From contig JAUHZT010000001.1 in assembly GCA_030425905.1 (NCBI GenBank), positions 17,572 to 81,571 of the forward strand: a DNA stretch of 64,000 nucleotides, given 5' to 3'. Below, piece after piece: positions 8,919 to 17,418 of the stretch. The notes beneath the pieces were generated by a model. That model worked only from the letters and a program-made list of their open reading frames with translations, had not been told where the DNA came from and did no database searches. Positions within the stretch are counted from its first letter, which is position 1; every line of letters starts with the position of its first letter. This DNA is from Gammaproteobacteria bacterium (GTDB taxonomy: Bacteria; Pseudomonadota; Gammaproteobacteria; Steroidobacterales; Woeseiaceae). The translations under genes were made by a program, and so were the position numbers.

Positions 8919-10221
8919 GTTTAAGTCTCCGTCCGTTCGGGTCGCGATCGATACTGAGTTCCCGGTCGACGTGGATCGCGACTTCACCGCCAGCCGGGAC
9001 GAACACAGCATCGAAGTTCTGCGCCTGGCGCTCGGCGAGCCAGGCGGTGATCTCACTGCCGGCATCGGCCAGGGTCTTGCCGAGCACGTAGTCGCCCTTG
9101 TTGCCGGCAACGTGGCTGCTGATCGCACCGCTGTCGCGCAATACGGTCGTGGTCTGCGATGCGGCCGCGGCTTCGGCGGCCGCCTCCATCGCCGTGATAC
9201 CAATGCGCTCGCTTAGGTAAGCGGTGGCGTTTGATTTGCGTTCGCCCGAGATGCAGGGGATGCCGTGGGCATCCGAGATCCAGCCCAGCGGCCGGTTACC
9301 ATCACCGCCCCGGTTGTCGTTGTCGTCGGTCGACAGGGTGCGAATGGTGCCGTCGTCGAAAACGAAGGTTACGGATTCCAGGCGACCCGTGATGCAAGAC
9401 AGCGTCCAGTCACCGATCGCCGTGCCGCTCCAGATCATGCCGTGGATACCCGGAACGCTGAGGCCGTTGGCGGCCAAATTGTCGCGGCCGGTAATGAGCT
9501 TGAACGGCATCGGGTCGCGGACTTCACCGCGCACAGGAACCCGGCCAATGAGTGCCGTCATCGAGGTCGCGCCCATCAGGGTGGCATTGCGTGGGACGGT
9601 GTACACAGGAATGGGTTCCGCGACCGTCTCGATGTCACGGCGACCCAGGTTTCGTGCGGGATCAACCTGTTCTCGCAGGGCCTCACTGAGTCCGGGCGCG
9701 GCGCGGTCCAGTGGCTCGATCCAGACCAACTCGGTCGATACCCCGGTCGTCGGCAAACCCAGCCCGACCGGTATGTCCGCACTATCGGCCGCGAGCCGGG
9801 CCGGGTCCAGCGCATCACTCAGTGCCGCAACGCGTTGCTCAAGACGTGCCAGCGACGCCCGATCCTTCGCCGTGGCCGCGTCCGATTGCAAAGCACCAAG
9901 TACCTCGTCGATGCGCGCCTCGAATCGCTCCTGGATATTTGCTTCGCGCGCCGTCAGGGTGTTCTTGTCGACCCGGAGCCGGTCGTTCGCCTTACGCAGG
10001 CGTTCAAGTTCGGCGGTCATGGCCGCAACGTTGGCTGTGAGGGTCTCGATCGTGTCCGCCGGCGTATCGGCATCGGGACGCGCGGCGATCGGGACCGCGT
10101 CAAGGCTGCCGGCCGCCTCATGCTCGTCATTGCAAGCGCGCATCAGGACCAACAGCAACATGAGCACGACCACGCCAGTTAAGATTGGCAGCAACCGATT
10201 CTGTCGCGTGATCAGCATCAG
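8875..10221 (-). CDS. ICE protein, PFL_4705 (TIGR03752) type, N-terminal TM plus coiled coil
   Basis: Start MLITRQNRLLPILTGVVVLMLLLVL at 10221 (ATGA overlap with the upstream stop). Coiled-coil region LTANVAAMTAELERLRKANDRL. Conserved position. Confidence 0.8.
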   Translation of the reverse strand: MMLITRQNRLLPILTGVVVLMLLLVLMRACNDEHEAAGSLDAVPIAARPDADTPADTIETLTANVAAMTAELERLRKANDRLRVDKNTLTAREANIQERFEARIDEVLGALQSDAATAKDRASLARLEQRVAALSDALDPARLAADSADIPVGLGLPTTGVSTELVWIEPLDRAAPGLSEALREQVDPARNLGRRDIETVAEPIPVYTVPRNATLMGATSMTALIGRVPVRGEVRDPMPFKLITGRDNLAANGLSVPGIHGMIWSGTAIGDWTLSCITGRLESVTFVFDDGTIRTLSTDDNDNRGGDGNRPLGWISDAHGIPCISGERKSNATAYLSERIGITAMEAAAEAAAASQTTTVLRDSGAISSHVAGNKGDYVLGKTLADAGSEITAWLAERQAQNFDAVFVPAGGEVAIHVDRELSIDRDPNGRRLKHDTPPPFSAARPLD

Positions 10222-11006
10222 GGTAAGACCGAGGCGGCAAAGGGTTGTGCCGAGACCAGATACACGACCGTGGTGTCGGCCTCGTCGCCGGCCGGCAACA
10301 AACGGGCGTGTTGAAACGTGGCGCTGAGCCACTGACCGCGCAGCGCCCTTGGATCGAGGACCTGAGGCTCGGTGCTGCGATTGGTGAGCTTGACGGCCGT
10401 CACATAGTGCGAGCCGGCGCGCCAGGCAATTAACGGCCTGGCCTCGACGGCGCCGCCACGCACGAGCGACACGGCATCTTGCTGCAGCGGCACTCGCACC
10501 ACGCCGGATAAGGCTGAGACCAATCGTGCCGGAGCGTACAATTGCTGTGCTGCAAAACGTGTCATTTGAACGTAGTCGTACTGCACCGGGCCCGTTGGCG
10601 TTGTGACGCCATCCTCACCGATTGCCGGCGTGTCCAGCGTGATACGAATCGGCGCGTTGTCGTTGGGTGCGAAGCTGGCCTCAAGATCGATCAGGACCAT
10701 GCGGCCGCTGTCGAGCTCGCGGATAGCGACACGTGTCGTCGCAAACGGTGCCGCCGCACGCCAGTAAACCGTGCCGTTCACGGTTTGTGTGCGCAGGCTT
10801 GAATCCAATGACTTCGGCACACCGACGCTGACCGCGCCGGCAAAATGCACCAGCTGCTCCTCGCCGACCATGAGTTGAACCGCAATCGGCACTTTTTGCC
10901 AAGGGATGTGCCGGGCCGCTGTTTCCTGGGCCTGAATGCCCGTAGCGAGACAGGAGAGGAGCAACAGCGACCCGGCACAAAGCCATGTGATGGCGTGACG
11001 ACCCAT
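10218..11006 (-). CDS. ICE periplasmic protein, PFL_4704 (TIGR03749) type
   Basis: Start MGRHAITWLCAGSLLLLSCLATGIQA (signal peptide) at 11006, with a TAATG 1-nt overlap on the upstream gene. Confidence 0.75.
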   Translation of the reverse strand: MGRHAITWLCAGSLLLLSCLATGIQAQETAARHIPWQKVPIAVQLMVGEEQLVHFAGAVSVGVPKSLDSSLRTQTVNGTVYWRAAAPFATTRVAIRELDSGRMVLIDLEASFAPNDNAPIRITLDTPAIGEDGVTTPTGPVQYDYVQMTRFAAQQLYAPARLVSALSGVVRVPLQQDAVSLVRGGAVEARPLIAWRAGSHYVTAVKLTNRSTEPQVLDPRALRGQWLSATFQHARLLPAGDEADTTVVYLVSAQPFAASVLP

Positions 11007-11674
11007 TATGAGGAGTCCTCGCGTGAGGCTGATCGTGAGTGTTCCGGTTGGGAGTCTGCTATCAGACGTTCGGGGCCAGCGCCGGCAAATCCGTCGAGCG
11101 CCAGGCCCCAGGGGTTGGATTCCGGATCGATGGCCAGGCGCACAACACGCAACGGATAGCGGATCCGTGTTTTCTTGATGGTCATGCCTTTCACGGATTC
11201 CTGCAGTTCGAGATCCAACCACACGACCCAGGCGTCGGCGCCCAGTACCTCGACGCGCTCTGCGCTGTAGGCAACGCCCGGCAGGGCCTGCAGACTGCGC
11301 GTGCGGTGTGCGAGTTCACCGCGTTTGCCGCGATTGTCCATGTCGATAACCAGGGCATTGCGGTAGGCGTCGGTCAGGTACGGCGCGATGCGAAAAATCG
11401 CCTTGCCGTAATCTTCGGCGCCGTTGTTCGGCCAGCGGTTCAATTGCTGAAAGATGTAGTAGGCGAAACTGTAAACATTGGGCGACGGCACCTCGTCGAG
11501 AGCCAACCGGGATCCGGAGCGAAGATCGGGCGGAATATGCACGGTGATCGTCGACGGCATGCGCATCCAGCCGATCCACAGCGCCAGAATGACCACCAGT
11601 TGCAGGCCGATGACGGCCCATAGCGAGCGCAGGTGGCTGCGTACATTGTCGATCTCGTAGCGATAGCGTTGCAT
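11006..11674 (-). CDS. ICE membrane protein, PFL_4703 (TIGR03746/DUF2895) type
   Basis: 222 aa with a single N-terminal TM (LWAVIGLQLVVILALWIGW). Conserved position. Confidence 0.8.
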   Translation of the reverse strand: MQRYRYEIDNVRSHLRSLWAVIGLQLVVILALWIGWMRMPSTITVHIPPDLRSGSRLALDEVPSPNVYSFAYYIFQQLNRWPNNGAEDYGKAIFRIAPYLTDAYRNALVIDMDNRGKRGELAHRTRSLQALPGVAYSAERVEVLGADAWVVWLDLELQESVKGMTIKKTRIRYPLRVVRLAIDPESNPWGLALDGFAGAGPERLIADSQPEHSRSASREDSS

Positions 11675-11683
11675 CGGGCGACT

Positions 11684-12043
11684 CTAGCCGGATCGTTGAC
11701 GGCCGATTGACCAGTCGCCGTCCCGTCGGATAAACGGCGCGGGCTTCAGGCGTGTCCTGGCGAACGCAATCGCCAGTTTCTGCTGGTAGTAGCCATCGGG
11801 CCGACCGCGCTTGATGCGCTGAAAGAGGCTGCCCATATCAATGACGGTTGCCACAATGGCAACACCCGCAAGGCCGAGGCCCATTGCGGCGGCGCCCAGC
11901 ACCCAGGCGATCAGCACACTGACGGGCAGCCATATGAGAACTGCGAGACCCGTAATAATGCCAAGTTCGGACGATGAGCAGCCACGAAAAATTGGCGGCT
12001 CGTCGTTCAACCGTTCGGCGAGCAGTCGTCCGGTGGCCGTCAT
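11684..12043 (-). CDS. Conjugative transfer region membrane protein (TIGR03750 type)
   Basis: Start MTATGRLLAERLNDEPPIFRG at 12043 (ATGA overlap). Two TM segments. Confidence 0.75.
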   Translation of the reverse strand: MTATGRLLAERLNDEPPIFRGCSSSELGIITGLAVLIWLPVSVLIAWVLGAAAMGLGLAGVAIVATVIDMGSLFQRIKRGRPDGYYQQKLAIAFARTRLKPAPFIRRDGDWSIGRQRSG

Positions 12044-12384
12044 ACGATGATACCGGCGGCTTCGGTGAGCAGGTAGCTGGCGAATATCAGCACGATGGCA
12101 CCGACAATCCCGAGCACGCCGACCTCGGCCCACTCGGCCTTACCCTGGCGCGCTTCGTTGAACTTGGCAAAGGCCAGGTAGGCGACCCACAGGAAGCCCA
12201 GCACGGCAATGGCCAAGCCAAGTACAATGCCACCGTCCTTGATATAGCCCTCAATCAGGCCGATCCAGTCGCCGTCGGCCGGTGCCGTGCTCGGCGCCAC
12301 GGGTGTCGGCAGATTGGCGTTCGCGAGGCTCAGCCAGCCGAGACTCAACGCTCCGCCGAACACTAGTTTCCAGATAGTCTTCAT
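12040..12384 (-). CDS. ICE membrane protein, PFL_4702 (TIGR03745) type, pilin-like
   Basis: Start MKTIWKLVFGGALSLGWLSLANA (signal peptide), followed by two hydrophobic helices. Confidence 0.75.
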   Translation of the reverse strand: MKTIWKLVFGGALSLGWLSLANANLPTPVAPSTAPADGDWIGLIEGYIKDGGIVLGLAIAVLGFLWVAYLAFAKFNEARQGKAEWAEVGVLGIVGAIVLIFASYLLTEAAGIIV

Positions 12385-12456
12385 CAGTACAACTCCAATG
12401 TGTGCGAGCACGCTCGCGTACCCTATGACCCGGCCCATTGCCGGGTACCCAAGTAA

Positions 12457-12687
12457 TCAGCGCAGGTAGAAGCCGAGCACCATGACGACGATGCTGGCGC
12501 GAAGCGCACCCCAGGCCAGATCAAACAGACTGGCGCTGCCCTCTTGCCAGGCCCGAAACGTGCCAAAGGTTACCCACAGCGCCCAGACAAAGATCAGCAC
12601 CATGACCATCGAGGCGATGCCGATGAGGACCGCATTGGGGCTAATCCCGGCAGCGGACTGAAACACGGCCTGCTGTGTCGCATTCAC
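12457..12687 (-). CDS. ICE small membrane protein, PFL_4701 (TIGR03758/DUF3262) type
   Basis: 76 aa with two TM segments. Conserved position. Confidence 0.7.
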   Translation of the reverse strand: MNATQQAVFQSAAGISPNAVLIGIASMVMVLIFVWALWVTFGTFRAWQEGSASLFDLAWGALRASIVVMVLGFYLR

Positions 12688-12692
12688 GAGTT

Positions 12693-12989
12693 TCAGCGCC
12701 GATAGTCGCCGCGCAGCGGCTTGACGGCGCGGGGTTCGTTGTGCGGTGCATCGATGTGTTCCTGGATGCCGCTGCGCACACGCTCGAGATCCTGACGCAG
12801 CCAGTCGTAGCGAAAACGAATTCGCGCATCTCCATCAGCGGCTTGCTCGGCACGATCGATGAGCGTTTGCAATTCCTCGAGTTCATGGACGATGCCCGCA
12901 AGGGCCTTGCGTTCGACATCCCTATCGGCATAGGCCGATGCGCAAGTGAGGGAAATCCAGGTGAATCCGATTAGGAAAAGTGATCGCAT
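12693..12989 (-). CDS. RAQPRD-family ICE protein
   Basis: Internal start MRSLFLIGFTWISLTCASAYA (signal peptide), 98 aa. C-terminal ...HNEPRAVKPLRGDYRR sits where the RAQPRD motif occurs. Confidence 0.7.
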   Translation of the reverse strand: MRSLFLIGFTWISLTCASAYADRDVERKALAGIVHELEELQTLIDRAEQAADGDARIRFRYDWLRQDLERVRSGIQEHIDAPHNEPRAVKPLRGDYRR

Positions 12990-13535
12990 GATCTTGCCGC
13001 TTTGTTGAAACTGGCGGCGATGATCCGCGATTGCATTGCGGGCGGCGATAGATAAGTAAATCCGGTGGGCGTGGGATATTCCGCAAATCTGCCTGTGGCC
13101 ACGAATCTTTTGCCTACCGTGCTGCGACAGGCGCGGCCAAACTTGCGCAATGAAACCGATGCAAATAGAGATACAGTCGCTCGGAGTAAATCGCCATCTT
13201 GTTGCGGTAGGTGTACGCGCTTTCGCAAAGGACGCCAATAGGACATTGAAAGTGCGCTTTCCGCACCCGCAGTCGGCGGCGATAGAGGAGCTCCAGGAGT
13301 TGGCTAGGCATGAAGTCTTCCGCTACCTCGACCCTGCCTGAGTCTTGTCTGCAAGCGGTGTGTGAGTGGCGCCTTTTCGGTCTGGTAGAGTTGTATCTGT
13401 CGCCGGCGGAATAATTCGTTGGGTTGGTCGGTACAACTAACACTTAACACTTGGGCGGAGGTTCCAGCGATAAGCAAGGGGAAGAATCGGCCATTACTTG
13501 CCGCTGTCGGCTTCCGCTATTGAAGCAACAGCCAC

Positions 13536-13946
13536 TCAATCCGAATAGAGCGTATCCACGATTGGACAGTCAGGCAACAGTCCACCGTCACACTTCGACG
13601 CCATCGTTTTTAGCGTATTCTGCATTTTTCGAAGATCACGAATCTTCGTTGCAACTTCATCCAGGTGACGCAGAGTCCGATCACGGATCTCGGCGCATGT
13701 ATACTCGCCACCATCGACAAATTCCAGTAGTTCACGGATTTCTTGCAGCGTGAATCCAAGCTCCCGAGATCTCCTGATAAACGACAATCTCTTCGTGTGT
13801 GATTGATCGTAAATGCGGTGACCGCCGGAACTTCTGGCGGGATCCGGCATCAGGCCGATCTTCTCGTAGTACCTGATCGTCTCGATATTTACGCCCGTTT
13901 CTGTGGAAAGCGCGCCGCGTGACAACTGAACATTTTGGGATTTCAT
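13536..13946 (-). CDS. merR: MerR-family divalent-metal-responsive regulator, divergent from merTP
   Basis: Start MKSQNVQLSRGALSTETGVNIETIRYYEKIGL (HTH). Metal Cys pattern ...EYTCAEI... and ...KCDGGLLPDCPI. Divergent operator/promoter at 13958-13988. Confidence 0.85.
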   Translation of the reverse strand: MKSQNVQLSRGALSTETGVNIETIRYYEKIGLMPDPARSSGGHRIYDQSHTKRLSFIRRSRELGFTLQEIRELLEFVDGGEYTCAEIRDRTLRHLDEVATKIRDLRKMQNTLKTMASKCDGGLLPDCPIVDTLYSD

Positions 13947-13957
13947 GACGTCTGCAC

Positions 13958-13988
13958 TTGAACCTGTAGCTACTACAGGGTCTATATT
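13958..13988 (+). promoter_or_regulatory. MerR-type promoter/operator: -35 TTGAAC, 7-3-7 dyad CCTGTAG-cta-CTACAGG, -10 TATATT with a 19-bp spacer
   Basis: TTGAAC at 13958-13963, dyad at 13963-13979, TATATT at 13983-13988. The over-long 19-bp spacer containing the dyad is the MerR-family hallmark. Confidence 0.75.
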
Positions 13989-14026
13989 AATGCACTGAAG
14001 AAGTCCGTCAATGAGAGGCATACGAG

Positions 14027-14395
14027 TTGCTTGATCAGCTAGCCGAAAAATCCACCGGGAAAGAAAGGTTCGCCGCTAGCGGCGGCATCGTAGGAGCGTT
14101 GCTTGCTTCTTCCTGCTGCATCCTTCCACTGGTTCTGATAACGCTAGGCGCAAGCGGCCCTTGGATCGGTAAGCTGACGGCTTTGAAAGCCTATCAGCCG
14201 ATGTTTGTTGGGCTGACCGCGGCCTTCCTTGGCTACGGATTTTGGCACGTCTATTGGAAATCGGATCGGGACTGTGACGATGAATCCTGCGCGACGCCAA
14301 AATCAGATCGAATCGTGAAGGTGGCGCTCTGGACGGCCACCTTGTTGGTGATCGTCGCCCTAACAACCGACCTCTGGGCGCCGCTCTTTTACTGA
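14027..14395 (+). CDS. merT: Mercuric ion transport protein MerT
   Basis: 122 aa with a TTG start preceded by GAGAGG. First TM carries the CC pair (ALLASSCCILPLVL). Overall colinear with MerT as remembered from Tn501/Tn21. Confidence 0.9.
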   Translation: MLDQLAEKSTGKERFAASGGIVGALLASSCCILPLVLITLGASGPWIGKLTALKAYQPMFVGLTAAFLGYGFWHVYWKSDRDCDDESCATPKSDRIVKVALWTATLLVIVALTTDLWAPLFY

Positions 14396-14405
14396 GGAAA
14401 TCGAT

Positions 14406-14696
14406 ATGAAAAGCTTATGGGCATTAGCTGCCACTTTATTCCTGCTGACCGGCGCTTCGCTGGCGTCCGAGACTGACGAAACAGTGACGTTTGACGTTGA
14501 GAAGATGACGTGCGCGACCTGTCCAATCGCCGTCCGAAAAGCCATGCAACGAGTTGAAGGCGTCAAAGAAGTTCAGGTCAGCATGGAAGACGAGTCGGCG
14601 GTTGTGACATTTGACTCAAGCGTTACGACGGCCGCGGAAATAGGGCAAGCGTCCTCAAATGTTGGATTCCCTGCGAAAGCCAGAGGCAGCGAATGA
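14406..14696 (+). CDS. merP: Periplasmic mercuric ion binding protein MerP
   Basis: Signal peptide followed by an HMA fold with MTCATCP. Confidence 0.92.
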   Translation: MKSLWALAATLFLLTGASLASETDETVTFDVEKMTCATCPIAVRKAMQRVEGVKEVQVSMEDESAVVTFDSSVTTAAEIGQASSNVGFPAKARGSE

Positions 14697-14917
14697 CCGT
14701 GGCAGGGCGCTCGACCGAACCATATTCGACGATAACTTGTCCCGAGTGCGGGCATCAATCCAAGGACTTGATGCCTACGAATGCGTGTCAATTCTACTAT
14801 GACTGCAAAGGATGCGGTGCCGTACTCAGACCGCTAGATGGTGACTGCTGCGTTTATTGTTCGTATGGCGACGTCAAGTGCCCGCCGATTCAAGAAGGCA
14901 GTTCGTGCTGTGCTTAA
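14693..14917 (+). CDS. Small GDCCVxC-motif Cys-rich protein
   Basis: 74 aa with ATGA overlap on the merP stop. Motifs CPECG, CKGCG and LDGDCCVYCSYGDVKCP. Confidence 0.8.
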   Translation: MTVAGRSTEPYSTITCPECGHQSKDLMPTNACQFYYDCKGCGAVLRPLDGDCCVYCSYGDVKCPPIQEGSSCCA

Positions 14918-14926
14918 TGACTTCGA

Positions 14927-15472
14927 ATGGCTACAACCGACCTAGAGCTTGACGAACCTGGTTCACTGCCGAAGCCGGGACCTATAGGTCGGCTTGCCCG
15001 ATTGGCATTTGGTCTACTCTGCGCTTGGTATGTGAGGGGTCTAATTGACGTAGCAGGCACCCTTGTTACCAGTGACGGGCATATCCGTACCTTGATTTGG
15101 AACGGGATTCTTCCGGGTCTGTTTTTGATTAGCTATGTTGTCAATATTGGCTTCTCGCGTGCATGGCGAAAGGGGCCAGCGATTGTCAGCGCGATTGCCA
15201 TTCTGGCCGTGGCCGGAGTCGGTTACTTCCTACGAGGTAATATGGAAACTGAGCTTTTGGCGCGCACGATATGGACTTGGGAGACTTACCTCTTCTCACA
15301 CTTGGGTCTGGCATTTTTGATCGCCGGAGTTATCGGAACACCTGGATGTGAAATGAGAGCGTTCCACGACCTCTACTCGCGAATCACACGCGCACCAACC
15401 AAAGAGCACTTCTGCCCCATTGGACCGCTCCACCCTATTGATCAATGGGAATCGCGGCGGTCAAGCACGTAG
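14927..15472 (+). CDS. Uncharacterised polytopic membrane protein with conserved-looking Cys motifs (GTPGCEMRA, HFCPIGPL)
   Basis: 181 aa with about 4 hydrophobic helices. Lies 10 nt downstream of the GDCCVxC gene on the same strand. No family recognised with confidence. Confidence 0.65.
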   Translation: MATTDLELDEPGSLPKPGPIGRLARLAFGLLCAWYVRGLIDVAGTLVTSDGHIRTLIWNGILPGLFLISYVVNIGFSRAWRKGPAIVSAIAILAVAGVGYFLRGNMETELLARTIWTWETYLFSHLGLAFLIAGVIGTPGCEMRAFHDLYSRITRAPTKEHFCPIGPLHPIDQWESRRSST

Positions 15473-16676
15473 AACGCGGCCCCGACAATCCATACAAGCT
15501 GCTACTGTAGCCCGAGTGCGGAGGTGCCGCTGGTCTGATGTAGAGGACGGCTACTCCCCCAAACGGGCGTCGGCCAGCGGTGCGATTTACACGGAGAAGG
15601 CTCGTGATCGAACGTGGTAATTGGACTTGGCTCGTCATCGAATCCGGCACAATTGTGCTCAGCATTTACTAGCACTTGGAATAGCGCATTCGTACTTCCA
15701 GAAGTAAAGAGTTCGATGCGCGAATTGATTTATTGGCAGCAGGTCAGTGGGATAAATTTCCGTCGACGTGGAGGAAATCAGGTACCAATACCACGTTACT
15801 ACGAGCGGGCGGGGCCTATTTAGTATCAAGTGATGCCATCGCGTTAGACGATGAAAAGACTGCGCTCATTACGTATTGGGTCGGACCGGAAGGCTCCGAG
15901 AGCCAAGATATCTATCGCTGCGTTGATGTTATGGCTCGAGTCGATTTTGCACATGCTACTCAGAAATGCCGGAAGATAATGCGCGCGGGTAGTCCCACGT
16001 GAATCAGTTTATTCATGACCGTCCGCTTCTGACCTATTCTGTTGAAAAGCTTTGTTTCTGTGAATGGCGAATTCTCATTTGCGATTTTCGGCAAGTTTCG
16101 TACTGCAGATACCAGGAGGTAGTGCAATCACTATGAAAATATCTCCTAGCAACGCTCAGTGATGCTAACCAGTGCTATCAATTGCGCACAGGACTGAACG
16201 AAATTCTCTGCGAATTTTCCCGCCATTCGGAATTCCGAGCTTTTCAACAGAAAAGACCGTTGACGGACTCCTGAGGCTGAAGTTTGAACGGCTATTTTCG
16301 GTGCGGAAAAGCTGCTGCTCAGCCTGAGTGGCGAGTAAGTCAATACCTGCCGCTTGGAAAATCACAATCGACGCCCTATCCATTCGTTCTACTGGAGGCA
16401 CTGCTGGCCAAACCATTGGAGACCCAAGCCAAAATGGTGATAGACCTTATGGATATGTTCGAAAAGCTCTTCCCATGAAACACACCGAACATCGGAACGC
16501 TCGAGCACGTTGACGAATTGTTGTTCAATTCACATGCTCTCAAATGAATCATCGTTTTCGGAGACGCACCTGTTTACCACAAACCGGTCTCGATTCTATT
16601 AAAAAAAGTCGCACAAGCTACTCACAGCTCAGCCAGGACTTGCTGGCAACACGACAAAGTCGCTATCCGGATCCGA

Positions 16677-17417
16677 TTACATGTACTTCTTGAAGGTGCT
16701 CGCAGTAATGTTGATGCTGGCGGCAAACAGTATTGCGAAAGGCACTAGAACGAATGCCGGATGCAAGCTGATGGGCAGTGCCAGGTAAGTGATCGCAGCA
16801 ATCAGCACGAAACGCCAGACACTCTTTTTGGCGTAGTGGTAGAGATAGGAGCTTTCTCGTCCGCCACCCCAGCGGCGCAGGTCGCGGCGTACCAGCCCGT
16901 CGATCAGGCCGACCACGAAGAAGAGGACAAACGTCGGCAGCGTGAGTATCAGCACCGCCAGGCGCACGGCGAACAGCTGGACGATGTTTCTTGCGGCTTC
17001 TGCATGGGTTGCAACCGCCTGACGGAGGTGCTGCAGGTAGGCGCGCAGTGCCGAGCGTTCCTGGCCGGCACGGTTCCAGGTGCCGGATAACAGGTGTCGG
17101 ATGCCGGTCAGTTCGAATAAGGATCGTGCGCTTTTCGCAAAGGACGCGGCGAAGCGTCCCGGGCTGTCGGTCATGAGGCTCCTCCTAAAATCTTGCTGTA
17201 AATAGCGGAGTTCTGTTTGCAGCATGGTGCGGCTGTGTTCGGGGCCGGCTTCCGGCCACCAAAGGCCGACGCCGAGGCACTCAATGGCGATGGAGATCAG
17301 TAGTGATAAGGCAAGCCAGCGCAGCGCTCTCGTGATGCGTGCTGCGGTGCGGGCAAGCAATCCTTGCCGGCGCTCGGACAGATCAGCCTCATGGCGATTC
17401 GGCGCACGCCTCGTCAT
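16677..17417 (-). CDS. ICE membrane protein, PFL_4697 (TIGR03747) type
   Basis: Internal start MTRRAPNRHEADLSERRQG at 17417, directly after the traD stop (17419). Several TM segments. Conserved position after traD. Confidence 0.8.
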   Translation of the reverse strand: MTRRAPNRHEADLSERRQGLLARTAARITRALRWLALSLLISIAIECLGVGLWWPEAGPEHSRTMLQTELRYLQQDFRRSLMTDSPGRFAASFAKSARSLFELTGIRHLLSGTWNRAGQERSALRAYLQHLRQAVATHAEAARNIVQLFAVRLAVLILTLPTFVLFFVVGLIDGLVRRDLRRWGGGRESSYLYHYAKKSVWRFVLIAAITYLALPISLHPAFVLVPFAILFAASINITASTFKKYM

Positions 17418-17418
17418 T

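Noticed and set aside
13150-13341. 63-aa plus-strand ORF in the spacer between the RAQPRD gene and merR
   Set aside because: No ribosome-binding site or family resemblance. It overlaps an equally weak antisense ORF (13114-13443).
16284-16478. Possible Tn3-family transposase fragment (…LLEALLAKPLETQAKMVIDLMDMFEKLF resembles the IDLxDxxxxKLF stretch I remember from Tn21 TnpA)
   Set aside because: The resemblance rests on a handful of residues recalled from memory in a 64-aa ORF. Without a blastx it is not good enough to annotate.
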